In this document: in pieces, positions 7,461-8,258 of the stretch
How the letters are laid out: the number at the start of each line of letters is the position of its first letter
How positions within the stretch are numbered: the first letter of the stretch is position 1
Virus record (IMG/VR): IMGVR_UViG_2563366829_000019
Direction: 5' to 3' (one strand)
DNA: 8,258 bases
From: a virus
Taxonomy: Duplodnaviria > Heunggongvirae > Uroviricota > Caudoviricetes
The notes under the pieces: generated by a model
What the model was told of the DNA's origin: nothing
Seen by the model: the letters and a program-made list of their open reading frames with translations, nothing else
Database searches by the model: none
Program-made: the position numbers and the translations under genes

Positions 7461-8258
7461 ATGATTAAGTGGCCCTGGAAAGTACAAGAATCAGCACATC
7501 AAACTGCCCTTCCCTGGCAGGAAGCACTATCGATCCCCCTTTTAACGTGTCTGACAGAACAGGAACAAAGCAAATTGGTCGCTCTTGCCGAACGTTTTTT
7601 ACAGCAAAAACGGCTTGTTCCTTTACAGGGCTTTGAGCTGAATTCATTAAGAAGCTGCCGGATAGCACTTCTATTTTGCCTGCCCGTTCTGGAGTTAGGA
7701 CTGGAATGGCTGGATGGTTTTCATGAAGTCTTAATTTATCCTGCGCCATTTGTGGTCGATGATGAATGGGAAGACGATATCGGTCTGGTGCATAACCAAC
7801 GTATTGTTCAGTCAGGTCAGAGCTGGCAGCAAGGGCCTATCGTTTTGAACTGGTTGGATATACAAGATTCTTTTGATGCTTCTGGTTTTAACCTGATTAT
7901 TCATGAAGTCGCTCATAAGCTGGACACCCGTAACGGCGATCGCGCCAGCGGAGTTCCCTTTATTTCGTTGCGTGAGGTTGCTGGCTGGGAACACGATCTT
8001 CATGCTGCAATGAACAACATTCAGGAAGAAATCGAATTAGTTGGTGAGAATGCGGCGAGCATTGATGCTTATGCTGCCAGTGATCCTGCTGAATGTTTTG
8101 CCGTACTTTCTGAATATTTCTTTAGCGCCCCAGAACTTTTTGCTCCTCGTTTCCCTTCATTGTGGCAACGTTTCTGTCAATTTTATCAACAAGATCCTTT
8201 GCAGAGACTGCATCACGCTAATGATACAGACTCGTTTTCGGCGACGAATGTTCATTAA
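7461..8258 (+). CDS. mtfA: MtfA (Mlc titration factor A, YeeI), 265 aa
   Basis: Product [24 protein letters not shown]...DSFSATNVH matches MtfA as recalled. Start taken at the internal ATG (7461), not the track's 7422, to give the 265-aa form. Stop is the last codon of the window. Confidence 0.9.
   Translation: MIKWPWKVQESAHQTALPWQEALSIPLLTCLTEQEQSKLVALAERFLQQKRLVPLQGFELNSLRSCRIALLFCLPVLELGLEWLDGFHEVLIYPAPFVVDDEWEDDIGLVHNQRIVQSGQSWQQGPIVLNWLDIQDSFDASGFNLIIHEVAHKLDTRNGDRASGVPFISLREVAGWEHDLHAAMNNIQEEIELVGENAASIDAYAASDPAECFAVLSEYFFSAPELFAPRFPSLWQRFCQFYQQDPLQRLHHANDTDSFSATNVH

Noticed and set aside
7465-8003. Minus-strand ORFs 7465..7749 and 7812..8003
   Set aside because: Antisense to mtfA, which is a confident call.

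Overview
This window looks like an Escherichia/Shigella-type chromosome at the serU–mtfA junction, carrying the int-proximal end of a lambdoid prophage that has been cut down by an IS5-associated rearrangement. All calls rest on reading the sequence and on recalled protein families; no database search was run. Right to left: mtfA (7461..8258, +), tRNA-Ser(CGA) serU (7278..7367, -), then a tyrosine integrase, a small Xis-like gene and an 824-aa RecE-like protein whose C-terminus is a DEDDh-type 3'-5' exonuclease domain (all +, running toward the tRNA). A complete 1195-bp IS5 (2259..3453) sits 10 bp upstream of the RecE-like start. Left of IS5 everything is on the minus strand: a 3' gene fragment cut by IS5, a 171-aa unknown protein, an AT-rich stretch with a 59-aa membrane protein, a hok/sok-type type I toxin-antitoxin locus whose toxin matches HokD (RelF) as recalled and has an intact leader, an 83-aa Rem-like protein, a 92-aa unknown protein and the start of a further gene. 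No repressor, N, cro or replication genes are present, so the prophage is probably a deletion remnant. The most likely place for an undescribed function is the coupled unknown operon at 1289..2258, but I cannot assign it a function from sequence alone.
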